From assembly GCF_036321535.1 (NCBI RefSeq), contig NC_087436.1, forward strand, positions 122,328,001 through 122,392,000: 64,000 bases of DNA, given 5' to 3'. A model generated the notes under the pieces. It was given only the letters and a program-made list of their open reading frames with translations. It made no database searches and had not been told where the DNA came from. Below, piece after piece: positions 22,865 through 35,278 of this stretch (the stretch's first letter is position 1; each line of letters opens with the position of its first letter). Source of the stretch: Camelus dromedarius. Taxonomy: Eukaryota. Made by a program: the position numbers and the translations under genes.

Positions 22865-23140
22865 TTCTAACCTGGTAAAACTCTAACCTGGTCCTATCCA
22901 TTCCTGCCTGTCCTGCACCTGAGCGTGGCCGGAGTATAGCACACAGTTCTGCCCAGTCTTCCTCTGGTACCCTTACCCCTAACCCAACCTCTAACCTGAC
23001 GCCTTAGCTGATTCCCTAAGCCAATCTCTAATCTGACCCCCCTAATCAGACCCTAATTTCTGATTGACTGATTCTTTAGCATGATCTCTAACCTGACTCC
23101 TTAACCTGATTCCTAAGCTGATTCTCTAACCTCCCTAACT
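22865..23140. repeat. Degenerate CCCTAA/CTCTAACCTGA-like tandem repeat
   Basis: Recurrent units ccctaa, ctctaacctga, ccttaacctga, cctaagctga, ctctaatctga. Confidence 0.65.
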
Positions 23141-24879
23141 GGGGCGTTTCCGCTGCCTGGACATCCCACCCTGTTACTCTAGACTCTGTCATCTGTGTAA
23201 ATGCACAGTGACTGTGGAAGGTTATGTACAGTATGTGGAAGCACAGGGAAGAGGAAAAGGGAGCCTTGCCAAAGGAGAGAAAAAAGAAAGAGGCAGAAGG
23301 AGTCCACGACTTTAAAACAACCTGCTGCACCACGATTGTGTGTTCTCAGACTGCTTCATGAAGAGACAGATGTGCGGGAGGAAGGCGGCCACACATCTGG
23401 TATTAGCCTTTCTGAGTTTGTTACTTATTTGCAAAATTGGGGTAGAAATAAAACTTGCCCTGTAAGTTGCCTTGTACCAGATGTCCACTTGTTTCTTTAC
23501 TTATTTTTATAAACTTGAAATGGCTACAATTAGCACATGTTCTTCAGATAATCAGAAAACCCAATAAAGTTACTGATGGTTGAAAATGAGTTTCTCTAAA
23601 ACTTGACCCTGCCCAGGCTGCAGAGAGCATCAGAGGTGGTGTCCAGAATCTCCTGACGCAGCATCCCTGTTCCTCTATGAAGACCCTAATTTGGCTTCTC
23701 CCTTCCACCGACCTGGCTGGCCCAGGGGTGAGGCATCCCAAGTGCAGGTGAGCAGTGTTGCTACCCAACCCCTGCAGTGTCCTTCAAAGTCCTGTTACAA
23801 ACAGACATTCATGCCCATTGGTTGGTCACTGCCTCCTGCTCGGCCCTGTCTCTGGCCAGCTGGGACCCTGAAGCATCATCAGGGACCAACTTTGATTCTT
23901 TCCCATCTCTAGGGTCTCCCTCTCTGCCCCTCAACAGCTTTGGGACAGGGCCCTGAGGCGCTCAGGGCCAATGTCAGCTACTAGTACTTAGACAAGTGTA
24001 CTCCTACACTTTGGGTATTAAAAGGCCAGTCCTGTCCAACCCTGAGCACCTGTGGACCCTGCCTCAGGCCTGGCCCAGGGCCAGGGGACAAGGACTATCC
24101 TTCCTTGTCCCTCCCCCATTGCCTCCTGGGGGATGGGCAGGGAAGGAACATGGCTTTACAGTTTGTGGGCAGTGGAATCTCGGTTTCAGGCATATGAGAG
24201 CTTCAATGAACCCTGCACTTGATGTCTATGGCACTGACTGCCCAGTGCCAATATAAGCGCTTCACATCATCTACAAAGTGCCCTGCACTAACGAATGCCA
24301 CCCTCCCCACCTGTGATGGGGACTCCAGCCCCATCCCAGTCCAGCACCTGGTGGTTCTGGCTCAGGGAGGTTCAGGAAAACCACCACAGGCAGGCTACTT
24401 CTTCCAGATGGAGAAGGCTGCGTGCTGGGGGAGCCTCCTAGGGAGAAGTGCTATTCAACCAGCCCTGAAGACGGGAGCCTGCTGTAATCAGGATTTCCAC
24501 GCTCCTGCACGTCAGAGGACAGGCACGCACTGAGTGTGCACTGCAGGAAACTGCTGGGGTTACAGCAGTGAACAAGACAGACAAGCAGATGGGCGGGAAG
24601 GACTGCAAAGACCGTCCAGGCAGAGGACCTGAGAGGAGCACAGGCTGGCGAGTGGGAAGCAGGGTGGGGAGTCCGGGGACGGGCTGAGGCACAGGCCGGT
24701 GGGAGCGAGCTGCTGGGGAAGGCCGTGTTCCCTGGGCCCCAGAGCCGCGGATCCCCAACTCCCCCGGCCTGCTTTCCGGGCACCACCTCAACGATCTCCC
24801 CACGACCACCGCCAACACAACCGCGTCTTAGGGAAGGGAAGGTGGAGCTCGAAGGCCACGACTGCCCGGTCTCTCCCTC

Positions 24880-25960
24880 CCGAGGGCAAGCGCTTGAGGG
24901 GTCAGCGGGGCGGACCTGCGCGCTCGGCCCAGCCCCAGCGGGCGCCGCCCTGGACCGGGGGCCCTCGGGGCTGCGGGCGGCGGCCCCGGGCCAGACGAAC
25001 CCGGCCGCTGGCGTCCCTCAGGCCCCCGCAGGACTCTGCTGCAAAGGTCCCGGAGGCCTCTGCTGCGCGTCGGTGCGGCAGCCTAGATCCCACAGCCGCG
25101 GCGCGGGCGCGGGAAGGCCCAGCACGCATGCCCCGCCGGCTCCCAGCCCGCGAGGCCCGCACGCGCGGCGCGGCGCGGCGCGACCCCGGAAGCAGCGCGC
25201 CGCAGGGCGGCCGCGCGGAGCACGCCGGGACGGGCGACGGGCCGCGGGGCAGGCCGGGACCGGCAGTCCGCTGCGGCGCGGGCCCGCCCCTCACCTGGCC
25301 GGCGCCGGGAGCCCGAGGGGCCCAATGGGAGCGGCGGCCCGGCCGCCCCGCCCCGCGCCGCCGGACGTCGGCGCTGGGACATGGCTGCCGCCGACGCCGG
25401 GTCCTTGAGCTGAGCGCCCGCCGCCCGCAGCCAACCGCCGCCCTCAACCGTCCGCGGGCGGGCCGAGCCGCCGCCGGCCGGCGAGAAGCCGCGGCCGCCG
25501 CGGCGGAGAAGGAGGAGGCAGCAGCAGGAGGCCGGGCAGCCTCCGCGGCCGGGCACATGGCGTCCATCTTACTGAGGAGCTGCCGCGGCCGGGGGCCCGC
25601 CCGCCTCCCGCCGCCCCGCGCCGCCGCCCCGAGGGGTAAGCGGCCAGCGCTCGGTCGACGGCGCGGGGCCGGGGCGGCGGGAGGACCGGGGCTGGGGCCC
25701 AGACGGGCGGTCCAGAGAGGGCCTCGGGGCCGGCTGCGCCCCGCCCGCTGGCGCCCCCAGGTCGGGCGGCTCCCGGGTGGGTGGGTCGCGGCCCGGACCT
25801 TGCCCCGCCGTGCCCCTCGGCGCCGCCCTGGCCGGCGTGTCTCTGGGTGTGGTGAGCGCCCGGGCCGTGGTGCCGACGCGCGGGGCAGCCTGTGACTCAC
25901 TCGCGCTGTGACCTTAGTCGCCCGGCCGCTGGCCGCTGCGTCGTGAGCGGGATTAGGAAA
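24880..25960 (+). promoter_or_regulatory. LETM1: CpG-island promoter and first-exon region of LETM1
   Basis: Very high CpG. ETS/GABP-like CCGGAAG (25186-25192), CCAAT (25322-25326), tandem GC boxes at ~25343-25355, no TATA box. Confidence 0.88.
25557..25635 (+). CDS. LETM1: LETM1 coding exon 1 (start of mitochondrial presequence)
   Basis: MASILLRSCRGRGPARLPPPRAAAPR(G); donor G|gtaagc, phase 1. Confidence 0.96.
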
Positions 25961-27779
25961 GTTTAGAAGGGGGCGCACTGACAGCCAGCCCTAAGACGGT
26001 TAAGTCCCGTGGAACTGGGCGCCTACTCACCAGGACAGTGGTGCCTCGGGCCACGTTCAGGGCTCCTGAGATGGGGAGGCATGGCGGGGCCGGCAGACCC
26101 CGGCGAACAGAACCTGCGGGCTTGTAGGGACGTCCCTGGGACCGACATCTTTCTGGTGTTATTGGGCATCTGTGGACGGTCTCCAGGCCTTGCTGTGCAT
26201 GGCCTCAGGAGCCTTAGAGCTCCTTGTACTTGGAGCCTTGGTGACCCTGGCTGTGACGGGGGAACACACCTCACTCCGGGCACTTAGGGGCCCACGTGTA
26301 GGGGGCCTGCACTGACCCTCACCATCTCTTTGTACATTGACCTTTCTGAGTTACTTATTCATAAAATCGGGGTAGAAATAAAAATTGCTCTGTAAGAGTG
26401 AGATTCTTAAGTAAAATTATATATTTCAAGGGGCTTTACAGTTTATAAAGGCACCCCAAAAAACATGGTTCTTGTCATTTGTAACAGTAATGGCTCATGA
26501 GCTGCTAAGACCTTTGGAGCCCAGAGAAGGGCGTGGAGCAGCAGGAACTCACTGTATGAACAGTATAGTACCCATTCCAGCTTTTAGTGCTTGTCTTCCC
26601 TCTACTGTTGGAGCTCTTTGTCTCCCTTGCCTCTTAAGGATAGTGATAAAAATACTTCGGCCGCAGACCTTTCTGTAGCACGCTTACAAGGTAGCGGAAT
26701 TTGTTCTGTGCTTGTGATGTTCCAGAGACACGTATGTTTCACTGTTGCTCTTTGCTCAGACACTGCTCAGCCAGCCGGTTTGCCACGGAGCCTGCAGGCC
26801 CCAGGGCTGGGTAGTGGTGAGCCAGTCCCTGAGCCCTCAGACGTGATGTTCTCACCTGGGGGTGGCAGCCCTCTGCTGGAGACGTTCCCCCACTGTTAAC
26901 GTTCTCCGTCAGTATGGGTCTTTGTCACGACTAGTAAACCAACACTAATGCGTTATTAATTGAGGTCCACGATGTATTCAGGCTTCCCTTATTCTGCACA
27001 TACTTTGTTCTGATGTCCTTTTTTTTTGGTCCCACGACCCTATCCAGGACACCACGTTACATTTAGTCACCACTTATTTTCAGTGTTCTCTTGGTTGGGA
27101 CAGTTTCTTAGACTTTCCCTGACGGTTTTGGGGAGGGCTGGTCAGATATATTGTAGGACGCCCATCTTTTGCGATTTGTCTGGTGTTTTGCTCATGGCTA
27201 GTCTGGGGCTAAGGGTTTGGGGGAGTAAGGCCGCCGGGCTGTAGTAGTGTCCTCAGCACAGCCTGCCAGAGGTGCCTGCAGCAGTGGGACTTACCCTGGT
27301 CCTTGCTGACTGTGGTCATCAGCCTGAGGAGGTGTCCGTCAGTCTCCTCTGGTCTAGGGTTACTCACCCCCTTTGCACACTGTGCTCTCTGGGAGGAAAT
27401 TGCTCTGTATGGCATGTATTTGGGAGTGGGCTAGGACTTGTAGAGGTGGGAGACCAGATTTATCAGGGACTGGTTATGAGAGGCTAGGGGCCGACCTCCA
27501 GCCATTATTGAAACCAGGGAGCGCTGGGCAGGAGTAGGCCTGGGGAAGCCCAGAGTTTTTGTATACACAGGAAGTCAGGTTCCAAGTGCCTGGAGAGGCT
27601 CCTGCCAGCGAGGCCGAGTCGGGAGAATCCAGAGTGCAGTTTCCTGGAAGCCAGGTGAAGGAAGGTGTGGGATGGGAAGAGTGAGAAGCCTCTGTCTCCC
27701 CATCCTGAGTTCCTGGCAGAGCTAGCGCCCTGGGAGTTTCTAGAGTGATGAGAATATCTCTTGTTTTTCATAGTGAGTC

Positions 27780-28260
27780 CTTCTCACACACCAGAGTTTA
27801 TGCTAAGGAGGGACCTGTGATGGCAGGGGAGGGGCTCTGGAGACTGAGTTCGGTTGCCAGTGGCCAAGGATGTGATCATCAGTCCTGCCCAGGCGAGGGT
27901 GAAGGGAGCTCTTGGGCTGGCGGCTCATGCCAGTCCCACGGGGCGGAAGGCCCTGTGCGAGGGCTCTTCTGGCCGTTGCCCTGCGCGCCTCTCCCCCAGC
28001 TGTTCTGTGTCCTGTATAAAACCCGCAGCAGTAGACAGAGCCCTCTCCCGAGCTCTGTGAGCCACTCCAGCAAGTTATCAAAGCTGAAGAGGCTGTGGAA
28101 ACCTCCTATTTTGCGGTTGGCAGAAGTGTGGGTAGCCTGGGACCCCACCTGGAACTGGCGTTTGAAGTGAGGGCAGGAGACTTGTGGGACCAAGCCCTTC
28201 ATCTGTGGATCCGCACTAACTGGGTGGTTAGAGCCCAAACTGAATGGTAAGACCCAGCAG
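27780..28260 (+). mobile_element. ERVL-type LTR (MER21-like), degenerate
   Basis: ccgagctctgtgagccactccagcaagttatcaaagctga...tgtgggaccaagcccttcatctgtggatc resembles MER21-family LTRs (recall). Confidence 0.55.
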
Positions 28261-29029
28261 GGGTCAGAGTTGGAGAGAGCCATGGCTGGAAAAGAGACCA
28301 CAAGAGGGCCTCCGGAAGGAGGGAGTGGCTGTGGCCCACCCCACTGTGTGCAGTGGGTGCAGAGCCTGGGGGCCTTCAGAGTGCGGGGAGTGTGGGAAGG
28401 GGCTGGTAGGGTGCGTTGTGGGTGGGCGGGCTCGGGCTCTGGGAGTTGTGGCAGCTGGTCTGGTTGCTGGGGGGGCCATTTCTGAGTTAAGTTCTCCAAC
28501 TGGGGGAGGCTTCTGTTTGGGGGAGAAGGAAGGCGGACCCACCTCAGCTGGAGTGAGGGGTTGGGAACTAAAGTTAAAGTGTCAGAAGTACATCAAAATC
28601 CAACAAATGTGCTGTGCACTCATCAGTATTGTTTCTTCAGGAAGCAGCTTGCTCTTGGTGTTGGCTCTGCTGGTAGTTCTCACAGTCCTCATGTGGGACT
28701 CCGTGGGCAGGGAGGGTGTTGGCTCATTTGGACAGGGCCCTCACTTGCTCTGCGGGGCTGTCTGCATTGGGGATCGCGTGCGCCTGGCCTCTGTCCACTA
28801 GAGGCAGCTGGAGTGAGGGGCGGGGGCCCCACCTGCGGAGACTGAAGGCCGTGGCTCCCTGGAGAGCCGGGTGCCTCCAAGACGTTGCGTTCCAGCGGGG
28901 GCAGGGCCTTCACTCAGCAGCGCTCAGAATAGCTTCCGGAAACTCACTCTGTACAACTGTGAAGGACGGTACCAGTGTGAAGTGCCCCGTGTGAGACTGA
29001 CTCTCCTGTTCTCCCTTGTTTTGTGGCAG

Positions 29030-29090
29030 GCAGTCTGGGCGACCGTGCTTGTCTCAGCTGTGCCAGCGCCATGAGGTGGGGAAGCTGCGT
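29030..29090 (+). CDS. LETM1: LETM1 exon 2
   Basis: Acceptor ttgtggcag|G; (G)SLGDRACLSCASAMRWGSC(V); donor |gtaagt; 61 nt, phase 1 to 2. Confidence 0.92.
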
Positions 29091-32000
29091 GTAAGTACAT
29101 GAACGTTGTGTTCTGCCTGTTTGAAGGTGGGGGCTTGAAAATGCTCCGGTGATGGGGGAGAGGGTATGTCCCACTTTCCTGTTCGTTGTTCTTGTTCTCT
29201 TAAACCTTGATCTTTTCTTCTTGAAATACATAACCAAGTACATTAGTGAATATTTGGAAAATAAGCAAACATCCATAATCCTGGTACCTGACACATTATT
29301 AGCGTTTTGGTGTGTGTTTTTCTGGTCTTTTCCTCTTATGTATCTGTTTTTAAGACACACAGTGGTAACTGCAGTCTACATACAATGCTGTCTTTTCCAC
29401 GCTCACACAGCTGCCATTTTCAGTGGCTTTTCATGTATTGTGCACAAAGATGTTGGACGTGTCCGGTGGCATTGTGGGTGTTGGGCTCCATCAGCAAGCA
29501 TGCAGACACCCCTCCTCACACTGTACTCGTCCTGCACAGAGTACCACTCGAATCGCTTGCTGGCCACGGGACTGGCCCTGCTTGGTTCTAGGGATGTATC
29601 TAGAGTGGGTGGGAGGTCTGTGGTACTGCTGAGAGGCTGGAGGCCTTCCTGGAGGGAGCGCCATCCACATTCCCTGTCCACTGTCACACGAGGACTTGAG
29701 CTTCCCTTGGGGCTGCTGCGCTCTCCCTGCGTCCCCCTCCCCTGTGGGGGGGGGCACCCGGACCTCTCTCTTGGCAGCAGGTCCGTGTTCACCTGTCCCG
29801 GGTGCCTAGAATGGAGCTCCTCTCTCCCAACGTCCTTCACTCTTCTTGGGTGAGAGGGTGGGACCTCCTTCCCCAGTGCTGTATGTCTGGCCGTCACAAC
29901 CCCTAGTCCGTGGAGCTCTGGACTCTTTCGGGCTTTCTTACTCATTCAAGATGGTTGACTTGCCACCTCGTCTTGGCCATAAAACTTTTCTGGAGGATGC
30001 TTCCTGGGTCAGATGTAATTCTCTAAAACAAATGCTGTATGAGCCATACATGAAAATGTGGTGGTTCTTAAAGCAAAATCGTGTGTGAGTGTATTTTCAG
30101 TTTTATGGCTCTTATAAAGCGCTAAAATGAGTAGCTAGGCGCAGGCTTTTCGCCCGTGAGCAGGTGTCTTCATGGAGGGGAACTGGCATGTGTGCAGCGT
30201 TTGGCAGGGACAAAGTCTTTTCTTAAGTTCCTCCCAGGAGCAGCCCCTGCAGGCCCCCTCCTGCTGCCAGGTGCTTGCTCCCAGCCCCCTCTGGGCTCTG
30301 CCTTTAAGCAGGCTTCTGATCGTCACCAGACTGCTGCCATGAAGCCTCTCTTTCTCTGATGTGGAGGCATTCGCGTGTGAGCGTAGAACAGCACTCCTGC
30401 TGAGGTGTGCTTGTCTAGATTTCAGAGTTCTGAGTGAACTCTAATCTGTGCTGGCATTTCAGGGGTCTGAGGCCCGGTGGGTATCTGGAAGCGGGTGGCC
30501 GGTGACCTGGGGTTGCAGTCATGGTTGTTGTGAAGGATGTGGTCCCACAGGGTCAGCTCTCAGGGTGATTCAAGAGGGGCTGGAAGTCTGGGTTTTGGTG
30601 TGAAGTGTCTGGGTTTGGAGTACTGACTGCTGAGGCAGCTTCTAGGACTGTTGTGTGGACTGGACTTACCTGCATGGACCACCCAGGGCCGCCGTGGGGT
30701 GTCTGTCGTGCTGTGCCTCTTCCCCTGTTGTTTACAGGGACCAGGCCTCACGTGCCTCCTTTCTGGACAGCCCTTCTAGAAGAACTTCTGGACTGTTTCA
30801 ACTCGAAAACGGTCTTTGGGGATTGTAACTGGAATAATGTCATTTGGGAATATTAGCTTTTAAATCTCGTGCAGTCTTTCCACGTGCAGGTTGTTTTCTT
30901 ATAACAAGGCACGTCGTTTCCTTATGCAGACTGTGTGCGCAGCCTTTGAGACAGTTCCTGGGTGTGTTCTATTTGGTGGTGTGTTCTTCATTGTCTTTTC
31001 TACACAGAGATTGAGGGTCCTGGTCTGCGTGTGTTTCCTTGTGCCTGGCCACGTGGCGTGGCTTGGTGGTGGTTTTCTCGCCCGTGTTGTAACACGGCTT
31101 TAGTTAGTGGCTCTGCCTTCCCAGTGCGTTTGCTGCTGTTGCCGTCTCAGCTTCTGTCTCAGTGGCCGGACTTGCCATCAGAGCAGCTGTGGTCCCCCCT
31201 GCGTTATCAGAGACTCCAGCATTTTATGAGATGATGATTTTTAGGGGGTTAAACACTTCATTTAGGAAGTTAAGGCCATGAGACCTGCAGAGCTGCCATG
31301 CTGGTGTTGTGCACTTCATGCTAGGGATCGCGGGGGAGAGCTGAAGTCCGAATCAGTCTCAGCACCCGAGAAGTTTTATTTTTTATTTTGATTGTGCAGT
31401 ATAAGAAATGTTGAGTCACACAGGTAAGTAGTTGTAAGTGGTAATCATCTGTATCAGTTTTTTTAACAACAGTTATTTTGCAATCTCAGTCTTAGCTGAA
31501 ATGGCCCAGACCCCTGAAGGGTGAGCAGGCAGAGAGTTTCTGACCTGGACAACATCATGGGCGCTGTCTGGCCACCCTTGACCTCCTTTGTCGCAGAAGT
31601 AAAGGCAGAGAGGAAGCACACAACTGTGCATGAGCAGCCAAACCGGGAAACGGCAGCTCTGAAACCCCGCAAGCGTGGAGCCCTGTTCGGTGGGAGAGCC
31701 TGAGCTGCCAGGCTGGTTCTGTTTTGTGTCTCCCTCAGTGGCACTGCTCCTGAGGTCTGCTGCCCATATTGATGCATGGTCACGGGTGCTGCCCTCACAC
31801 GGCTGTCGGGTGGCCTGGAGGCTGCAGGAGGCGTTGAGGTGTGCGGGCGGTGGTCTTCAGCCCCGCCTGCTGAGGGGCACTTTGTCCTGTGGATGATCTG
31901 GTTTCCCCTTGTCTCTGGGCAGGAGGCATCCTGCGATTCCAGACACCCGTGGGTCATGGTGCCTGGTGCTCCATCGTCTGTCCTGCCTTCCCTTCCTGTT

Positions 32001-34492
32001 TCCCCTGCTGGTATCCTGTCCCCAAGGGACTGAGGGTGGTATGCTGAGGGGTGGCGTCCACTCAGGCCACTGTCTTGGCATGCTGTCCCCTGGGAAGGGG
32101 GCCTTATCACGAGTTAGAGGGTGTTGTTCACAGAGTGTGGAGAGCTGGTCGGGTTCCTGCACCCACAGTCCGTGGTTGTGCAGCTGACATGGGGCATGGG
32201 GAACGCTCTTAACCCGGGAACACTGTTCCTTTGCCAGGCATTGCCTAGGTTTTCTCTTCGTGAAGGTGACGGTGAGATGTCGGGTTAAGGTGGGCATTGG
32301 GGTCAGTGGCATGGGCGACTTTGACAGAAGCCCCAAGCTGCTTAATGTGAACCAGCCATGCCATCCCCATGACCACGTGTTTCCTGCGGAGCTGTGCTTT
32401 CGCCCTGCGTGTTACACCCCCACCCACTTTGAAGGTGGTTTTTGATAATAAATATGCAGTTTTGTGCTTTTTGAGAACAGCTAAATCTCTGTGGCTAGAT
32501 CACTGATAACAGTCATCTCTGACTTGCCTGAGGACAGCCAGGTTCCCGGGCCTCGGAGGCCCTTGTGGGATGCGCCCTGCGCAGCTCGGCTCAGTCCGCT
32601 TTCTGGGTCTCTGCCCGCCGCTGCCCTGGTAGCTGCTGACATCCCAGCTGCTTGTGGAGGCTGCGTGTTTCCTTGGTGACTGGGGTGGGAAATGGGGTGA
32701 TTGAGCTTGAGGATGACAGGAGGTGAGGCCCCCTCTGGAGGGCTCTTTCGTCACCTGCTCTGAGCACGAGGCTGAGGCATGGAAGGCATGGCTTGTGGCC
32801 AGAGTCTCGCAGCTACAAGTGGCACGTGGCGGTCTGAGCCTGTGGCTCTGCTATGCTCTGGCCGTGGGGACTCAGGACGGGGTGGGTTTGAAGGACCCTC
32901 CTTTCCTGACTTGGGTGTTGTCTGCCTTGCTTCGAAGGCAGAAGCAAGGGCTGGGACAGAAGAGAGGTCGGCGGGGTGGTGGTGCCCTCTGCCTGCTGTC
33001 CCCACCCATACAGGCCGAGAGCCAGGGTGGGCCATCCTTGCTTGTCCTTCCAGTGCCCCTGTCTGAAAGGAGTGGCTAAATGAGAGAGCCCTGGCTTTCC
33101 GCCAGCCAGACCAGCTCTTGTCAACTGCTCTAACAGGGCAGTGCTGTAGTGGGCATTGCTGTGCACCAGGCGTTGTTCTGGGAGCTTCATGTACATTAGC
33201 CTGCACGTCCACGAAGGAGGCTCCCCCAGCACAGAGAGGTTGCTTGTCCAAGGTCACACAGCAGTCAGCAGTGAAGTTTGCACTGGGACACTCTGCTCCA
33301 GTCAGGTCCTCGCTGTTGGCAGTGGGCCACGTGCAGGGAGGTGGCTGGACAGGTGGGGAGAAGCTGGGGTGTGTTGTTAGAAACAATGCCTGTGAAGGAA
33401 GGTGGAGCCTCCGGCCGCCCCGGGGAAGACGTGGGCATGAGCAGGGGGAGACTTCTCAAGCGACAGGTGAGGTGATTAGAAGATTGTGAAATGGAAGGAG
33501 AGTGGTGGAGATGGGTTGTTTCAGTGTGGGATTGTACGTGGCCTTCCATCCCTGTGCCACTGCTGGAAGAGAACCCCTTCGTCGCCCAAAGCCTAGGCTG
33601 TGCCAGGTGGTTGGGCCCCGAGACCTGGGGAGGTCCAAGCTCTGGAAACGTGGGCTGCAGCAAACGGTGCTCCTCGGGCGGCCGTTCTGGGCACAGACTC
33701 AGCTGCTTGAGGCCCGGAGGAGCAGGCTGGCCTTGTCTGGCTGCCGGGGGTTCATGCAGCCCTGTCGGCCTGAGAGCGGTGGACAGAGAGGGCTCTGAGC
33801 TTCCTGCTGGTTTGGGGCATGGCCCGCCATTCCCTGCTGAGCCCCCTGGAGCCCGTGGTCCAGGGGGAGGGTTTGAGAGTGGCTTGCGCTGGGTGCCCTT
33901 GCAGGTCAGCGGCCCGAGTGAGCCCAGGGCGGAGCCAGCACTGGCAGGGTGTCCAGGCTGCAGGGGCACCGGGCGGGGAGCCTGCAAGGTGCGTGGGCGA
34001 GGAGGCCAGTGTGGGAGTGGAGTGGAGGTGGTGGGGATGACTTTAACTTGCTGGGTTTTCATCGTTGCACCTACGCTTTTGGTCAGCTGATGGGTGGGTC
34101 TGGATCGGTGTTGATTTGAATACCCTCCTTGATCATCACGACTCGTTCAGGAACCGCAGTCCTTTGTAGAAAGATGCCTGTTACAGGAGAGGACTGCCGC
34201 GCTCCGCAACCCACCCCTCAGGTTGCACCCGTTTGTGGGAGCCGGCCTGGGAGACCCGCCCTGGGGTTGGGTCTGTGTTGTCTGCGGGTCAGGCTTTTGC
34301 CGGTTGTGGTTGTGTCTGACCTGCTCCTTAGAGGCTGTAGGGACTGGCCAGCTCAGCTGCTTTCAGACGTGGGACCACTTCATCACCTCTGGCTATGGAG
34401 ACGCCCCCCAGGATGTGTCTCTCCAGCATCAGGGAGGGGCGGGAGTCTGTCTTATGCTGGGGAAGTCGAATGAGTGACTGTGATATGGCTGA

Positions 34493-35278
<786 letters not shown>

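Noticed and set aside
24699..25895. 398-aa ORF in frame with the LETM1 ATG (possible N-terminal extension), and antisense 358-aa ORF
   Set aside because: Non-ATG start upstream of the probable TSS, CpG-island artefact. An extension would also mask the mitochondrial presequence.
28796..28809. CTCF-like CCACTAGAGGCAGC in LETM1 intron 1
   Set aside because: One G short in the core and no supporting context.
29149..29853. 234-aa hydrophobic ORF in LETM1 intron 2
   Set aside because: T-rich intronic sequence with no recognisable domain or splice structure.
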